Shown piece after piece: positions 10,118-21,071 of a stretch of DNA of 64,000 nt (its first letter is position 1; each line of letters opens with the position of its first letter). Source of the DNA: Candidatus Heimdallarchaeota archaeon (GTDB lineage: Archaea > Asgardarchaeota > Heimdallarchaeia > JABLTI01); the NCBI GenBank assembly GCA_019058275.1, contig JAHLVW010000099.1:16321-80320 (forward strand), written 5' to 3'. The translations under genes and the position numbers were made by a program. Under the pieces are notes generated by a model. That model ran no database searches. It was given only the letters and a program-made list of their open reading frames with translations, and was not told the origin of the DNA.

Positions 10118-10914
10118 ATTCTTCTTGAGCAACCAATTTTTCAGGTAAAATATCTTTTTTTGTTCTAAATACAATCAATAGCACTGTCGCAACAATAGCA
10201 ATTCCTAATGTTCCAATTGATGGATAGAGTGGTCAGATATTAGTTTTATCAGATACAAGCTGAATATATGTGGCAATCATGCCTGTAGTTATTCCAACAA
10301 AAATGAACAATGATCAGTAGAAGAATACATGTAACAAAGGCATTTTCTCTCCTTTTGGTGTTAGGTATAGAATATACATTAATACTGTCCAAATCCTGTT
10401 CCAACTAATGGCATTTGTTGCCAATTTTCCCATCCTCTAAAGAGTGATAGAGCTAAGAAAACCATCGATGATAATGTAAAGAAGAATACTGTTGTCCACA
10501 ATGTGAATTGATTCAAAGCATTTCGTCTCATATTCTGCTTCATAAAATTAATAGCAATTGCAACCACTAGAAATTGAAAAGCACCCATTAATGGTATTGC
10601 TTGGAAATCTTCCCAATTACCTAGAATACAATATGCTAGTGTTATCATATTGATAATATTAATAATGAAAAATGCTGCAAACCAGAAGAAGATAATCTCT
10701 GTAATCTTCCATTCTCTTTGCTTTGTAGTGAAATAAAGAATTATCATTGATAATCCCATCAAAATACATGCGAGTAGGGGTGAACCAAACCATTCTATAC
10801 TGCTTAAATCTCAAAGTATACTCCCATTAGTACACCAATAATTATCATAATAATCCAATTAATAATCATTGAATAAAATAACGGATTTTTCCTATTAGAT
10901 ATTATAATCCCCAA
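10116..10914 (-). pseudogene. decayed polytopic membrane protein with repeated W-x-P-L-type helical hairpins
   Basis: Hydrophobic reading continues on both sides of ORF 10379-10762 through two frameshifts (~10812 and ~10387) and two TGA codons at Trp-like positions (10314-10316, 10233-10235), ending in TAA at 10116. Confidence 0.7.
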
Positions 10915-11048
10915 TAAGTTAAGTATCATTAAGTGTACATTTAAGTGTTCTCAGGAGATTGAGAATTGATTCTAATTATTATGCGAAAATAAAATCATGT
11001 GTTATCTTTGTGGTTTCTTTATCTTTGTTAAATCAACAGTTTCAATAA

Positions 11049-12950
11049 CTATGGAATTTGTTCCTTTATAATTTTCTCAATCATTTCTTTTGCTTTCTTA
11101 TCATCTTTATCTAATGACAGAAGTTTCTCAAAACACTTCTTTGCATACTCTAATTCTCTAAACGCATAAATTTTATTTCCAAAATTCCAAAGATTATCCT
11201 TAAAAATTTCATCAATTTCAATTGTCTTTAATAAGAACTCATAAGCTATATCAAAACCTTTCAACCAAAAGAGAATTCCTGATACAATATTGAAAGTCCA
11301 TTTATAACACTGTTTTTTCTGCTCATTTCTTTTACATTCTTTTATTAATTCATCTGTGTTCAATTCTGATTTGGTTAATGGTATATTTCTATAGCTCATC
11401 TTCTCTTCATCTAAAACAAATGCTTCTCCATCCATGGTGAAGTAAATGTTTTCTTGATATTCTTCTAACTTTATTTTGTCTGTCAAATAAATGTATAAAT
11501 AACCATTAAAAACATCTAAAGCTAAGTAATACTTCAATCCATAAGAATAGAACTCATATATTCCAAGGTATTTTTCCCAAGATTTCTTATTTGGACCTTT
11601 TTCATCATTAGGACCATCATTATAGTTCAATTTGAAAAGAGAGTCATCTGTTTTCCATTTTATTGATTTAACTTTCTGTTTCTCATCCAATATGAAGGTA
11701 AATAGATTTTTATCTTCAGTTAAAAATTCTAATTCACTTTGTGGATATAGAAGCTGTTTTTTCCCGAACAGATTGTAATTAATTAGCTTTCCATTTTCGA
11801 AGACAATATTTTGCATACTTACTCTGTGTCTGTAATATGTGCCTACAAGCTTTTTCAAACTCTTAGATTCAACATCAACGGTTTTTGGTTTAGTTTTCTC
11901 TTTAAACATTAATTCTAAAGCTTTTCTGGTAAGTTTAACTTGTTCTCCGGAGTGATGCATTGAGTTAGTAAAAACAATAGCAGCGATTTTGTGTTTTGGA
12001 ATCCAAGTATGTTGGGTTAAATAGCCATATCCTCCCCCTCCATGACTATATACTTCAACATCTTCTATCGGTTTTTCCTTGTAAAGACCTAAACCAAATG
12101 TTGATTTCACTCCATCTTCTTCAAACTGTGATTTATACATTTCCTGAAAATATTCTTTTGATATAAGCTGCTTGCCCTTAATTTTACCTTTATTCAAATG
12201 TAACATTGCAAACTTTGCTTGCTCATTAACTGAAATGTATACTCCTCCAGCTCCTAACATAGGAATTTGAACAGTAGGTGTTTCAAAATCACCAATATTA
12301 CCTTTTGCGAATGAATGTTTTTGCGCTTCATTGATATCCAAAGTTGCTGTTTTAATCCTCAATGGTTGAAATAATTCTTCATTCACAACCTCTTTAAAGG
12401 TTTTATTCATGATTTTACCTAAAACATATCCTGTTAGATCAAGACCAATATTAGCATAAGCAAATTCAGATCCAACTTTGCTTCGCAACCAGGCTTCAGC
12501 TACACTTGCTATGTGATCTTCATAAGTACAAGGAGTATTGTCATAATTATTTCCTATACCAGCTTCATGTGTAAAGCCTGCTGTGTGACTAAGCATTCTA
12601 CGAAAAGTTATTTTCTCAATCTCTTGATCTCTATCGCCAAATTTAGTATTTACTACAAATTCAGGATAATACTTTCTAATGGGATCATCAAGATTAATTA
12701 AACCCTTACTCGCTAATATCATAAAAGTAGTAGTAGTGATAGTTTTACCCATAGATTGAGTACTAAAGAGGGTATCTGCAGTAACCTTATCTTTCCTTGC
12801 ATTATCAATGAATCCAAAACCCTCTGACCAAACAATATTGTCTTCATCAACTAATGCTATGGCTAATCCACAGATTTTTTCTTTTTCAATAACTTCCTTT
12901 ATTTCCTTTCTCATTTTTTCGATAAGAGAATTATAGTTTATAGAACTCAA
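11049..12950 (-). CDS. serine hydrolase, beta-lactamase class C/PBP family, with C-terminal TPR
   Basis: SMGK (SxxK), LSHTAG, YAN (YxN) and HGGG; TPR-like terminus AKKCFEKLLSLD. Confidence 0.9.
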   Translation of the reverse strand: MSSINYNSLIEKMRKEIKEVIEKEKICGLAIALVDEDNIVWSEGFGFIDNARKDKVTADTLFSTQSMGKTITTTTFMILASKGLINLDDPIRKYYPEFVVNTKFGDRDQEIEKITFRRMLSHTAGFTHEAGIGNNYDNTPCTYEDHIASVAEAWLRSKVGSEFAYANIGLDLTGYVLGKIMNKTFKEVVNEELFQPLRIKTATLDINEAQKHSFAKGNIGDFETPTVQIPMLGAGGVYISVNEQAKFAMLHLNKGKIKGKQLISKEYFQEMYKSQFEEDGVKSTFGLGLYKEKPIEDVEVYSHGGGGYGYLTQHTWIPKHKIAAIVFTNSMHHSGEQVKLTRKALELMFKEKTKPKTVDVESKSLKKLVGTYYRHRVSMQNIVFENGKLINYNLFGKKQLLYPQSELEFLTEDKNLFTFILDEKQKVKSIKWKTDDSLFKLNYNDGPNDEKGPNKKSWEKYLGIYEFYSYGLKYYLALDVFNGYLYIYLTDKIKLEEYQENIYFTMDGEAFVLDEEKMSYRNIPLTKSELNTDELIKECKRNEQKKQCYKWTFNIVSGILFWLKGFDIAYEFLLKTIEIDEIFKDNLWNFGNKIYAFRELEYAKKCFEKLLSLDKDDKKAKEMIEKIIKEQIP

Positions 12951-13421
12951 TTATATCACTTCAAAATACTAATTTTTAAGATTTAATTTGATTTCTATTA
13001 GTTGTTGAAAATTTTGATTTATTTTGTATGAGAATAGGCTCATCATCTCTCAATGATGGAATTAACTAATATCTTTTCTTAGGATTCGCACGATATAGGT
13101 TTATATGAAATGAGAGATCAATACACTCTCATTCTTCTTATTAATAATATCCCATTTTATTCTGAAATAAACTAATCTCAAAAATACGAAAAAGGAATTT
13201 TGGATTAAATATTAATAATTAGATCATTTTAATTATCTTTTTAGAAGTATTGAAATATGAAGAAATTGTAAAATCTCTCGGATTAACTAAAGTTGCTACC
13301 CGGGTGGTTTATGAAAAATCACTTTTAATTTAATCCCTTAATACTTCTAATAGTCAGAAGAGATATGATTTAGAATATATTCAAAAAAAGAAAAAAGAAA
13401 TTCACTAATGAATCTCTTTTT

Positions 13422-14456
13422 CTATTTGTATGAACACTTTTTCCTTTTAATAAGAACAATGCTTACGAAAATTGGGAAAGAAATAATGGTAATAATGATT
13501 CCTAATGAAAGTTTATTAATATCTCCAACTACAATAGTTGTAATATTAGTGTAAAGATATTCGTTCCAAAATAGATCAGTAATTTCAAGGTCAACAGAAT
13601 ATAAGCCATCATCTGGTTCAGTGAAAAGCACAGAATAGTTATTGTCCATTTCTGGATCTTGCAAAGCTAAAGCAATTGGGGGAGGAAGTGTATCATCATC
13701 AGAAGAGATAAGATTTAGTATTGCTTTTACATCTCTTAGTTTAGATTCATCGGTAATGTTGACTGTTAACAATCTCGAGAGATTTTCAAAAGCTTGCACT
13801 TCAATTATCCCTATTTCTGGTTCAGTATCTTCATAGCAGCCAATAGCTTGTGTCATAGCAATATACATCTCTCTTAGATAAAACTGTGTAGAAGAACAAG
13901 TAACAATATTTCCACTTATAATTGGAGAAACATTTGAAAAGAAAGTTGCACCTGCTGCTGCATATTCGGATGCATAATCTGAATGACCGGTAACATTTTT
14001 ACCATTTATAACATTTGCAGCAGCTAGAACTCTAACTGCTCTGCACCAAGCACTGATAATAACGCCAGTATCAGAAGCTGTTTTGATTTTATTCAAAATA
14101 TTATTTTGGTTAGCCATTAGATTTTCATGAGAACTACCAGGTAAAATATTTATGCAATCATAGGCTGAAGTAGATATCTCCGAGAAAAGATAATCAACTT
14201 CAAATTCAGCACTATTGTATTCACAACCAGTTAATGTTTCGACTGGACCTGCTGTATCCACAGTCCAACCAAATTCATCAAATTGGTTTAGCATAGGTAG
14301 ATAATTAGCTCCAAAATTATTATCCATTAGAACGAGTATAGTTACATCATTTGTACTGATTTTTGTTGTTGTTCCTTGAGATATATCTTTGATTGTATTT
14401 GGGAAAACTATCAATATAATTAATAAGATTATTGAAAAAAAAGTTCGTATCTTCAT
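13422..14456 (-). CDS. secreted, membrane-anchored DJ-1/PfpI family protein
   Basis: Signal peptide, ILPG, SAWCRA nucleophile elbow, GKNVTG, C-terminal TM followed by KRKK. Confidence 0.8.
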   Translation of the reverse strand: MKIRTFFSIILLIILIVFPNTIKDISQGTTTKISTNDVTILVLMDNNFGANYLPMLNQFDEFGWTVDTAGPVETLTGCEYNSAEFEVDYLFSEISTSAYDCINILPGSSHENLMANQNNILNKIKTASDTGVIISAWCRAVRVLAAANVINGKNVTGHSDYASEYAAAGATFFSNVSPIISGNIVTCSSTQFYLREMYIAMTQAIGCYEDTEPEIGIIEVQAFENLSRLLTVNITDESKLRDVKAILNLISSDDDTLPPPIALALQDPEMDNNYSVLFTEPDDGLYSVDLEITDLFWNEYLYTNITTIVVGDINKLSLGIIITIISFPIFVSIVLIKRKKCSYK

Positions 14457-14652
14457 ATCAACCGCCTTTTTTTAGGTATATAAACTAATGAAGTTTATAT
14501 TTAAATTTCTTCTCATACAGATGAGAATTGTTTCTTAATGTGGAAATACTTCATTTTCGAAAACATTTCAGACTATTAGTGCATCAACTTAGAGACTAAA
14601 ATATAGTATCAGGAAGGATTTACAAACAAAACTAGTTCCAACTGAAGGAACT

Positions 14653-14704
14653 AAAACCGGATGGAGGTAAACAAACTCCCATCGTTGTAGAAGAAGGTTT
14701 TAAG
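14653..14704 (-). repeat. cassette-boundary hairpin element, copy 1 (most degenerate tail)
   Basis: AAAACCGGATGGAGGTAAACAAACTCCCATCGTTGTAGAAGAAGGTTTTAAG; stem GATG/CATC is compensatory relative to GACG/CGTC. Confidence 0.8.
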
Positions 14705-14902
14705 TGGGGGGAGAATACTAGAAATTTTCTTTTCTGAAATGTAGGCATTTAGTAATTTATTTTTTATTGTAAATCATAGTAAAAATTGTTCGGAACAGTT
14801 TCTAAACTATCATTAGAGATGTTTTAAAGAAAATAATGAGTATATATTATTCAAGAATTAAATAAAAAGAAGGCAAATTTAAAAAAAACATGAGGAAAAG
14901 AA

Positions 14903-16159
14903 ATGAGAGGTAAAAACTCGATCACTGTTTTGATGATAATATTATTTCTTTCGATAAATAGCTTACTAGTAGCTGGTTATGATAATAATAGAAGTGAAAG
15001 TGCTAAACCAAATAATATAATGGTAACTTACGCTTCTATATTTAGTGTAAAAGATGATTATCTAATGATTTCAGATGATGTTATGATGGGTGGATCTCAA
15101 CCAAGAGATTTTTGGATTTTAGATTATAGCAATCCAAACAAAACAGAAATCATCGGAGGATATCTCCTAAATTCTAGTGGATATTTACTATCAATGAGCA
15201 CTTTTGGTGATTTGTTATTCTTATTGTGCAAGTATGATGACCCCTATTATGCAACAGGTTTTGAAATTGTTAATATAAGTTCAATAGACTCTCCAGAATA
15301 TTTAGGACATTACGTAGCAAACGACTCATATGGATGGTGGCATGATCCTAGATATAATAGTCTAGAATTACTTCGATTCAAAGATAATTACGTTTTTATG
15401 TATACATCGTTAGTAACTTCAGAAACTCAACAAATCAGAATTATTGATTGTCAAAATATGACTAATATAACAGAAGTTAATACAATTGCATCCACAAATA
15501 GGATTTTAGATTTTGATATTAAAGATGATATTATGTATATCAACCAAGTAGAAAGCAAAATGGAGATGATTAATATAAGTGACATAACAAATCCAACCAA
15601 AATTTCTTCTTGGAATTCAACTGGTACCATAAGTATGGATATTTATGAAGATAGACTCTATTTATTCAACTTTGACGAACGAAAATTAGATATTTATAGC
15701 TTAGAAAATGCTACAAATCCAGAATATATCACTACAATAGAAAAGGATGAAAATACCCAATTCTTTGTAACAAATCTAGTATTCACAGATGAATATTGTT
15801 TTGTAATAAGTGAAGATATGGTAGATATTTTAGATATCTCAGATTTAACAATTTTAAATAGCTATAAAGTAGAAGATTATATTTTAGAAGATGAATATGG
15901 GGGCTTTTTCTACGGACAAGTAGGAAATGAAAAATTGTTTGTTGCTAGAGAGTCTAACAAATGGGGTTTAACCTTATTTGTAATAGGTTTTTCAGATATT
16001 AATAATTTAGAAACTTGGATACCATATTGGACACCAACATCTCCAATAGCAATAACTCCAATGATTTATGGAATAATCATTAGCACTTGTTTGTTGACAA
16101 GTATGTTCATTAAGAAAATAGCTCAAAGAAAGGGAAAAACAAAGGAGAGGAAAGAATAA
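14903..16159 (+). CDS. secreted LVIVD-repeat beta-propeller protein, membrane anchored
   Basis: Repeated (I/L)-x-D/N-I-S-x-P motifs (ILDYSNP, IVNISSIDSP, INISDITNP), signal peptide, C-terminal TM and basic tail. Confidence 0.75.
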   Translation: MRGKNSITVLMIILFLSINSLLVAGYDNNRSESAKPNNIMVTYASIFSVKDDYLMISDDVMMGGSQPRDFWILDYSNPNKTEIIGGYLLNSSGYLLSMSTFGDLLFLLCKYDDPYYATGFEIVNISSIDSPEYLGHYVANDSYGWWHDPRYNSLELLRFKDNYVFMYTSLVTSETQQIRIIDCQNMTNITEVNTIASTNRILDFDIKDDIMYINQVESKMEMINISDITNPTKISSWNSTGTISMDIYEDRLYLFNFDERKLDIYSLENATNPEYITTIEKDENTQFFVTNLVFTDEYCFVISEDMVDILDISDLTILNSYKVEDYILEDEYGGFFYGQVGNEKLFVARESNKWGLTLFVIGFSDINNLETWIPYWTPTSPIAITPMIYGIIISTCLLTSMFIKKIAQRKGKTKERKE

Positions 16160-16213
16160 CCACACAATGAATATATCAAAAAATACTTAGCTCAAAACCA
16201 ATAACACAGAATT

Positions 16214-16262
16214 AAACTGGTCGGAGGTAAACCAGTCCACGTCGTGGGAAAAGGAAGTTAAA
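16214..16262 (-). repeat. cassette-boundary hairpin element, copy 2
   Basis: AAACTGGTCGGAGGTAAACCAGTCCACGTCGTGGGAAAAGGAAGTTAAA. Confidence 0.8.
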
Positions 16263-16319
16263 ATGTACAGATTTAAAATTCAGATAATTAAAAAAATAAA
16301 AGAAATATTCTTACTAGAT

Positions 16320-16826
16320 TCATTTAATATCTGAAGCTGATATAATAGCTTGAGTTGGAATATTTCGTAAGCAATGAGGACAAAAACCTTTAGTTTTAAT
16401 CCACTCAAAAAGATGTGTGAAATGTCCAATTGATTCACAAAGACTACATTTTCCAACATCATCTCCAAATGAGATAGGTAACTTACAAACTATACATCTA
16501 AGTTTTCTTTTTCCACAATCTGAACAAAATTCACTATGCATATCGAGAGGATAACCACACCAAAAACAAGTTTGATGTTTTGATTCAGTATAATCTATAT
16601 TTACAAGTTGGGAAGATGAATGAGTAATTAGTGAATCTTTAGTTTTTCTTTTCTTTACAAATAATAGAACAAAAACACCAACTATAGTAAATAATCCAAC
16701 AATAGCAATTATTGGCCAGGTGGATACATTTGGATTTCCTCTATTATAAAAGAAAGCAAAAATACCACCTAAAAGTGTTAGAATCAATCCACCAACAGTT
16801 ACTGTTATTGCTTTATGATTAACCAT
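16320..16826 (-). CDS. two-TM protein with C-terminal zinc ribbon and RING-like domain (putative E3 ligase)
   Basis: CFWC...CSDC, then C-x2-C-x12-C-x2-C-x4-H-x2-H-x3-W-x6-C-x2-C. Confidence 0.75.
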   Translation of the reverse strand: MVNHKAITVTVGGLILTLLGGIFAFFYNRGNPNVSTWPIIAIVGLFTIVGVFVLLFVKKRKTKDSLITHSSSQLVNIDYTESKHQTCFWCGYPLDMHSEFCSDCGKRKLRCIVCKLPISFGDDVGKCSLCESIGHFTHLFEWIKTKGFCPHCLRNIPTQAIISASDIK

Positions 16827-16942
16827 TATTTTCCTTCCTACTTTAATTCAAGCTAATATTCAGTTGATCAATAAAATAAATTTAAACATAACTCTGGAAA
16901 ATTGAATTATAAACTATGAACTCATAATCTATAAGAGAAATC

Positions 16943-16992
16943 AAAACCAGACGAAGGTAAACAAACCTCCATCGCGGGAAAAACAAGAGTAA
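16943..16992 (-). repeat. cassette-boundary hairpin element, copy 3
   Basis: AAAACCAGACGAAGGTAAACAAACCTCCATCGCGGGAAAAACAAGAGTAA; AGGT/ACCT replaces GGGC/GCCC. Confidence 0.85.
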
Positions 16993-17591
16993 TAATCAAA
17001 CAGATTGATTTAAATTTTATACTAAATATGATATTATGAAGTTAAATTAATTTTATAATAATATTCCAATTAAATTCAAAATTAATCTGAAAACGAATAA
17101 TATCAAATGGTGGTTTCTTATGAGTCATCTAGGAACCTTTCTTTTATATATTAAATACTCATCTTTGAATTCAGATATTAACATAAATTTCTCCTTAATG
17201 AAAATCAAAACAAAACTCTAACTAGTTATTTCACTAGTAACACAAATGAGGACTACAATGAAAATGGCTCAAATAATATAGAATAATTAAATTTAGATAT
17301 AAATCCAAAGATTTCTTTACAAGAAATTTTAATTGAATAATCTTACAGATTGTTTAGCAAGCAATTCGCTTGTTTTTCCACTAATTCTTAATTATCTTAC
17401 AATTCCTTAATTTTCATTGAAATTAAATGATAAAAAAATTAGAAGAATTATAGACTGAATTAAGGAAGATTACCTTAGGATATTAATTAGTTGAAATCAT
17501 TGCTTATTTTTGTTTTAAAAGCATTCAACAATGCTCTGGAATATTAAGATTGAAGATATAATTAATAAAAAAAAAAGAGAATTATGAAAAA

Positions 17592-19397
17592 TTGGGGAAA
17601 TTAAAGTTGAAGAAAAAAATAATTATTTTTATTGTACTTTGTTTAGGTTTGTTATTGCCAATCTTAAATTGTAAGGCAAATTGTGGAGAAGAAAATATTG
17701 GCACTTTTTTTAAGATTAATTTATTAGCACCAGACACTTGTCAACGTCAAAATCTATGGATAGCATTGATGATTGAACAATTTCCTAAAATAGGTATTGG
17801 TATTGAAACATATGATCATACTTCTTGGACAGAAATCCTACAACGAACTTCTAATTATTCAGGACCTTATCCAATACCAAGTTATGAATTTGGAGGATAT
17901 GATATTTTAGCAACTGAGGTTTCGAGAGATATTGATTGGAATCCAGAAGATTTATTCCATAGCTCTTATGTTGTACCAAATGGGAATAATATTTATCAAT
18001 ACATAAATCAGGAAATGGATTTGTGTATTAACAATTATACTATTTCTTATTTATTAGAAAATAGAATTGAATGGATTAATAAAATACAAGATATCCTCTA
18101 TGAGGATAATCCACAACTTACTATCTTTTATTGTAATGCGTTGTATTCATTTGATACGGATTTTAATCAAGCTTCAAGGAATGGTCTATTATGGTCAACA
18201 AGTAATCAACCAATGGAAAATTGGTCATGTGGAACACAAACGGAATTCAAATATGCTACATCATATATATTTAATAAATTTCATTTGCTCACTTATGAAT
18301 CAAAATATGAAGCGCAATGGTTGCATCAAATATATAATGGAATGCTCGAACGAAATCCGTTGTCTCCTTATAACAATCTATATGATTTTCGACTAGCTGA
18401 TGAAATTTATACCAATGATGGTTTGACTTATTATGTAAGAATAAAAAATCAAGCTAAATGGGCTGATGGAACACCAATAACATCTTATGATGTGAATTAT
18501 ACTTACAGCTTATTACTCAATTCCGATGCTGTTGGAATAACAACCGCAAAATATTGGGAACAATTTCTTGATATTGAATCAATTGTAATTATTGATGAAA
18601 ATGAATATTTTATTACTTTTAAAAAGCCATATGTATTTCAAGAGAGAAATTTAATTGATATAATACCCAAACATATTTGGGAAGAAGTTCCAGCAGAACA
18701 ACAGGAAGAAAAAGCGTTATCTTGGGCCTTAAATGATACTTTAGATTCGCAAAAGATTTTTGGTGCAGGACCATATTATCTCGTAGATTATGATGAAAAT
18801 AATTATATTATACATTTAAAGAGAAACGACTATTTTTCTGAGTGGAGCGGTATAATTCCAAATTTCGAGGAGATCTATTTCATTTTTTATATCGACCAAG
18901 AAAGTGCTCTAACTGACCTATCAGCTGGAATAGTAGATATGATAGATGCACAATTCAACCATCACTCAAAACCTAGTATACCTGGAATGAAAAATCAATT
19001 TGTAGATTCAAATGAATATCATGAATTTGCCATTAATAATTTACATCCAATCTTAGGAACAGGAGATTTGTGCCCAATAGCTGAAAAAGAATCAGCAAAA
19101 CATGTACGGGAAGCTATTAGCCACATCATCCCAAGAGAAATTATTATTGAAGAATGTTTAGAAGGATTTGGTGTTCCAGGAGTGACTGCTTGCCCAAAAG
19201 GATCAATTGGTTACAATACTACTTACGAACCTAAAGAATATAGTATAGAAAAAGCATTAGAGCATATGTATTTAGCTGGATATCCAAGGTGTTCAACAAA
19301 AATTACTGGAAGTAGAAATTCATGGATACTATTTATTCCTATAGTTATAATTATACTAAAGGTAAAGAATCAATTTAAAATGAAAAAATATTTGTAA
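17592..19397 (+). CDS. ABC transporter family-5 (OppA/DppA-like) substrate-binding protein, circularly permuted
   Basis: KWADGTPITSYDV, GAGPY, VREAISHIIPR and YSIEKA..AGY. The usual C-terminal module (KIGIGI...KIQDILYEDNP) comes first. Confidence 0.85.
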   Translation: MGKLKLKKKIIIFIVLCLGLLLPILNCKANCGEENIGTFFKINLLAPDTCQRQNLWIALMIEQFPKIGIGIETYDHTSWTEILQRTSNYSGPYPIPSYEFGGYDILATEVSRDIDWNPEDLFHSSYVVPNGNNIYQYINQEMDLCINNYTISYLLENRIEWINKIQDILYEDNPQLTIFYCNALYSFDTDFNQASRNGLLWSTSNQPMENWSCGTQTEFKYATSYIFNKFHLLTYESKYEAQWLHQIYNGMLERNPLSPYNNLYDFRLADEIYTNDGLTYYVRIKNQAKWADGTPITSYDVNYTYSLLLNSDAVGITTAKYWEQFLDIESIVIIDENEYFITFKKPYVFQERNLIDIIPKHIWEEVPAEQQEEKALSWALNDTLDSQKIFGAGPYYLVDYDENNYIIHLKRNDYFSEWSGIIPNFEEIYFIFYIDQESALTDLSAGIVDMIDAQFNHHSKPSIPGMKNQFVDSNEYHEFAINNLHPILGTGDLCPIAEKESAKHVREAISHIIPREIIIEECLEGFGVPGVTACPKGSIGYNTTYEPKEYSIEKALEHMYLAGYPRCSTKITGSRNSWILFIPIVIIILKVKNQFKMKKYL

Positions 19398-19620
19398 AAG
19401 TATCTCCAGAATTTCTATGCTTGCACAGAGGGTGGGAAGAAATTGTTCTGGAAAGCAACTGTTCAGGGATTGTCGAGGAGAGGATATTCAAGAAACTGAC
19501 GTGAAAAAAAGATAAGCGGATTCAAATAAGAGAATTTTCTTGAACTAAATGATTGTGAGTCTGCGAAGAAAAGGAAAGGAACACTGAGAAACAAAAACTC
19601 AAAATCTTCTCAACCAAATC

Positions 19621-19670
19621 AAAACCGGACAGAGGCAAACAAGCCCCCGTCGCGTGAAAAGGGAGTTTAA
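19621..19670 (-). repeat. cassette-boundary hairpin element, copy 4
   Basis: AAAACCGGACAGAGGCAAACAAGCCCCCGTCGCGTGAAAAGGGAGTTTAA. Confidence 0.9.
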
Positions 19671-19827
19671 AACTGTTATTTTCTATTTTGATATTAGTTA
19701 AATCCCATAATAACAAATAATACATCTGGATATACTTTGTAAACAATGAAAATGATTTCTTTATTCAAAATGTTAATATTTATTGTGTGGCGGAAAAGTT
19801 GTGATTATGTTCAAAGTCTTTTTTGTA

Positions 19828-20787
19828 TTAAATGAGCGTGAGTGCTCTTCTTGAGTTCTCTGTGATAACTTTATAGATGATTTCCTGATCAATTCCTTCC
19901 TTTACACAGTACGGAATAAATGTATCAAAAAATGTAGCATATGGTCTCATATTTTGGTTCTTATTTTCTTCTCTGTTCTCTTTAATCTTAAAAGAACCTG
20001 AATCTTGACCAAATAGTAGCTGACTAATCAAACGCTCTTCTATTATTTTCCTTATAGCTGGAGGATATTTTTCAAAGGACTCTGCACCAGCTATTCCGTC
20101 AAATTCTATCCACATTCCTTTCTTTGCAACTTCAAGTATTAATGAAACATCCATTTTTGCATCTGCATGAACCCAGATAAAATTATCAAAGGGTAAGTTC
20201 TCTTCCTCAAGAATTTTAAAAACTCGTTTTACACATGGTTCATTCAAAACATGGCATTGGATTCGAAGACCAGTTTCTAAACTTGCTTTAATGGCTGCAC
20301 GAAGTAGCTTATCTTGTAAAGGAAAAATTTCTCCTTCATCACCAAGAGCCATCTTAATGAAACCAGGTTTTGTTCCAGTATTATCTATTCCTTCTTTAAA
20401 TTCCTTTATCCAAATGGAAGCAATCTCATCAATTGTTTTTTCCTTAATATCTTTTGGAACACCTTTTCCTCTAACATTAAAACCATCCCATGCACCCGTA
20501 CATGTGATAATATTCAATCCAGATTTTTTAGCACATTGCTTTAAAACATCTAAATCTCGACCAAGTCCAAAAGGAGTTGCTTCTACAATAGTTGAACATC
20601 CCTTATTTTTCACATCAATCAAATATGGTAAAACAAAATCAACGACCTCATCAGTTGTATATGTTTTCTCAACCAAGTTTATACCATTCAAATCCACTAA
20701 AATATGCTCATGCATTAATGTTACACCTAAATCTTCTTCAGAAATAGGTCCTATTACAGTATTAATCATTACAGTCAATTCCCTCAA
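19828..20787 (-). CDS. phosphotriesterase family amidohydrolase
   Basis: TVIGPI..LGVTLMHEH, TP.GLGRD, GFIK, QCH, WVH and GQD. Confidence 0.92.
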   Translation of the reverse strand: MRELTVMINTVIGPISEEDLGVTLMHEHILVDLNGINLVEKTYTTDEVVDFVLPYLIDVKNKGCSTIVEATPFGLGRDLDVLKQCAKKSGLNIITCTGAWDGFNVRGKGVPKDIKEKTIDEIASIWIKEFKEGIDNTGTKPGFIKMALGDEGEIFPLQDKLLRAAIKASLETGLRIQCHVLNEPCVKRVFKILEEENLPFDNFIWVHADAKMDVSLILEVAKKGMWIEFDGIAGAESFEKYPPAIRKIIEERLISQLLFGQDSGSFKIKENREENKNQNMRPYATFFDTFIPYCVKEGIDQEIIYKVITENSRRALTLI

Positions 20788-20889
20788 AATATCTATTTCT
20801 AAAGTGTTTCAGTAATATAAAATTATTCAGACCAATCTTGGATTAATAAATCAATAAAAAAACAGTCGCAAAACCAAAAGCACAGAATT

Positions 20890-20939
20890 AAACCGGACGA
20901 GGGCAAACCAACCCCTGTCGCGGGAAAAGGGGAGTTTAG
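20890..20939 (-). repeat. cassette-boundary hairpin element, copy 5
   Basis: AAACCGGACGAGGGCAAACCAACCCCTGTCGCGGGAAAAGGGGAGTTTAG. Confidence 0.9.
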
Positions 20940-21071
20940 ATGTTTGTATGTTCGATAAAAACTACTATTTTGTTCTTTCACATCAAAATAGAACCCACGA
21001 ATATGTATTCTTCTTTATCTTTAATTAAACAAAATTAGCAAAACAGTTACGACAAGATACTTATTACGAAT

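Noticed and set aside
10116-10914. TGA recoding to Trp or Sec
   Set aside because: The same gene also has two frameshifts and uses TGG for Trp, and TGA is a normal stop elsewhere (e.g. 6573, 45813). Pseudogenisation is the simpler explanation.
19417-19746. Slightly GC-richer stretch and ORF 19522-19746 as a gene or transposase remnant
   Set aside because: All frames are short and motif-free, and the listed ORF simply runs across repeat copy 4.
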